This document shows positions 62,608-64,000 of a DNA stretch of 64,000 bases, in pieces. The stretch's first letter is position 1. Every line of letters starts with the position of its first letter. Source of the stretch: Eledone cirrhosa (Eukaryota). The notes beneath the pieces are model-generated. The model worked only from the letters and a program-made list of their open reading frames with translations, made no database searches and had not been told where the DNA came from. The position numbers were made by a program, and so were the translations under genes. The DNA lies in contig OZ024759.1 of assembly GCA_964016885.1 (NCBI GenBank), positions 1,240,001 through 1,304,000 on the forward strand, given 5' to 3'.

Positions 62608-64000
62608 GCATGACAAAGTCTATATTAGTAACATGACAAAGTCTATATTAGCAACATGACAAAGTCTATATTAGTAACATGACAAAGTCTATATTAGTAA
62701 CATGACACAGTGTATATTAGTAATATGACAGTCTATATTAGTAGCATGACAAAGTCTATATTAGTAACATGACAAAGTCTATATTAGTAACATGACACAG
62801 TCTATATTAGTAACATGACACAGTCTATATTAGTAACATGACACAGTCTATATTAGTAACATGACAAAGTCTATATTAGTAGCATGGCAAAGTCTATATT
62901 AGTAACATGACAAAGTCTATATTAGTAACATGACAAGGTCTATATTAGTAACATGACACAGTCTATATTAGTAACATGACAAAGTCTATATTAGTAACAT
63001 GACAGTCTATATTAGTAACATGCCAAAGTCTATATTAGTAGCATGACAAAGTCTATATTAGTAGCATGACACAGTCTATATTAGTAACATGACATAGTCT
63101 ATATTAGTAACATGACACAGTCTATATTAGTAGCATGACAAAGTCTATATTAGTAACATGACAAAGTCTATATTAGTAACATGAGAAAGTCTATATTAGT
63201 AATATGACACAGTCTATATTAGTAACATGACAAAGTCTATATTAGTAACATGACACAGTCTATATTAGTAACATGACACAGTCTATATTAGTAACATGAC
63301 AAAGTCTATATTAGTAGCATGACAAAGTCTATATTAGTAACATGACAAAGTCTATATTAGTAACATGACACAGTCTATATTAGTAACATGACAAAGTCTA
63401 TATTAGTAACATGACGGTCTATATTAGTAACATGACAGTCTATATTAGTAGCATGACAAAGTCTATATTAGTAACATGACACAGTCTATATCAGTAACAT
63501 GACACAGTCTATATTAGTAACATGACAAAGTCTATATTAGTAGCATGACAAAGTCTATATTAGTAACATGACACAGTCTATATTAGTAACATGACAAAGT
63601 CTATATTAGTAGCATGACAAAGTCTATATTAGTAACATGACAAAGTCTATATTAGTAACATGACACAGTCTATATTAGTAACATGACAGTCTATATTAGT
63701 AACATGACAGTCCATATTAGTAGCATGACAAAGTCTATATTAGTAACATGACAAAGTCTATATTACTAACATGACACAGTCTATATTAGTAACATGACAC
63801 AGTCTATATTAGTAACATCATACAGTCTATATTAGTAACATGACAAAGTCTATATTAGTAACATGGCAAAGTCTATATTAGTAACATGACACAGTCTATA
63901 TTAGTAACATGACAAGGCCTATATTAGTAACATGACACAGTCTATATTAGTAACATGACAAAGTCTATATTAGTAACATGACAGTCTATATTAGTAACAT

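Larger units (their letters stand above)
1..64000 (+). repeat. Tandem satellite array of a 23-bp monomer (AACATGACAAAGTCTATATTAGT / AACATGACACAGTCTATATTAGT) with interspersed 21-bp deletion monomers; about 2,800 copies, running off both window ends
   Basis: The monomer is read directly from position 1 (1-23, 24-46, then a 21-mer at 47-67) and recurs without interruption in the same orientation to 64000. Copy number is estimated as 64000 / ~22.7 bp. Common variants: AAA/ACA/A in the GAC..GTC spacer and AAC->AGC. Confidence 0.99.

Noticed and set aside
1-64000. CRISPR array (23-bp partly palindromic repeat)
   Set aside because: The repeats are directly adjacent with no unique spacers, the variable part is only 1-3 nt, and there is no leader or cas gene.
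1-64000. Repetitive protein-coding ORF starting from the ATG in each monomer
   Set aside because: Each monomer has TAG, TAA and TGA on the + strand and TAA and TAG on the - strand. The 23-bp period rotates these through all frames, so every frame closes within a few monomers in the standard code.
1-64000. Long minus-strand ORF under a TAA/TAG-reassigned (ciliate-type) code, since the minus consensus lacks TGA
   Set aside because: The 23-bp unit and the mix of 23/21/20-bp monomers do not preserve frame, there is no codon-position bias in the variants, and nothing indicates an alternative code.
1-64000. Telomerase-made long telomeric repeat (some budding yeasts have 23-25 bp units; TTAGT resembles TTAGG)
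   Set aside because: There is no G-rich strand (3 G and 3 C per monomer), and TTAGG occurs only as a rare variant. Variants are inherited in kb-scale duplicated blocks, which indicates recombinational amplification rather than templated addition.
1-64000. TATA-box or bacterial -10 promoter-like motifs (CTATATTA, TATATT) and AP-1/CRE-like TGACA/TGACAGTC
   Set aside because: These short AT-rich matches are an automatic consequence of the monomer, and there is no downstream gene or other evidence of function.
1-64000. Inversions or embedded transposon/unique insertions
   Set aside because: I saw no reverse-orientation monomer (ACTAATATAGACTTTGTCATGTT) and no non-satellite sequence on reading through.
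1-64000. Assignment to a named satellite family or species, or a definite centromere call
   Set aside because: I do not recognise the monomer with confidence. This needs a BLAST/Dfam/Repbase search and chromatin data.
1-64000. A single fixed-length HOR or nucleosome-length periodicity
   Set aside because: Marker spacings are irregular (182 to 13017 bp). The 182-bp unit is a single local event, so no uniform period is supported.

Overview
The whole 64-kb window is one uninterrupted head-to-tail array of a short AT-rich satellite. The consensus monomer is AACATGACA(A/C)AGTCTATATTAGT (23 bp, 26-30% GC), with a frequent 21-bp variant AACATGACAGTCTATATTAGT and about 2,800 copies. I found no unique sequence, gene, RNA gene, transposon, CRISPR spacer or inversion. 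Two things are informative. (1) The monomer is a near-complete quasi-palindrome with two dyad centres; the commonest variation falls in the 3-nt loop, and several recurrent variants improve the symmetry. (2) Rare diagnostic variants reveal nested higher-order duplications with measurable offsets of 182, 316, 1023, 1749, ~3567, 4883, 8588, 9768 and 13017 bp, from which a partial order of expansion events can be read. This looks like eukaryotic heterochromatic, centromeric or subtelomeric satellite DNA, but taxon and function cannot be determined from the sequence. I see no protein-coding or otherwise novel gene system here. Block boundaries were read by eye and are approximate to one or two monomers.
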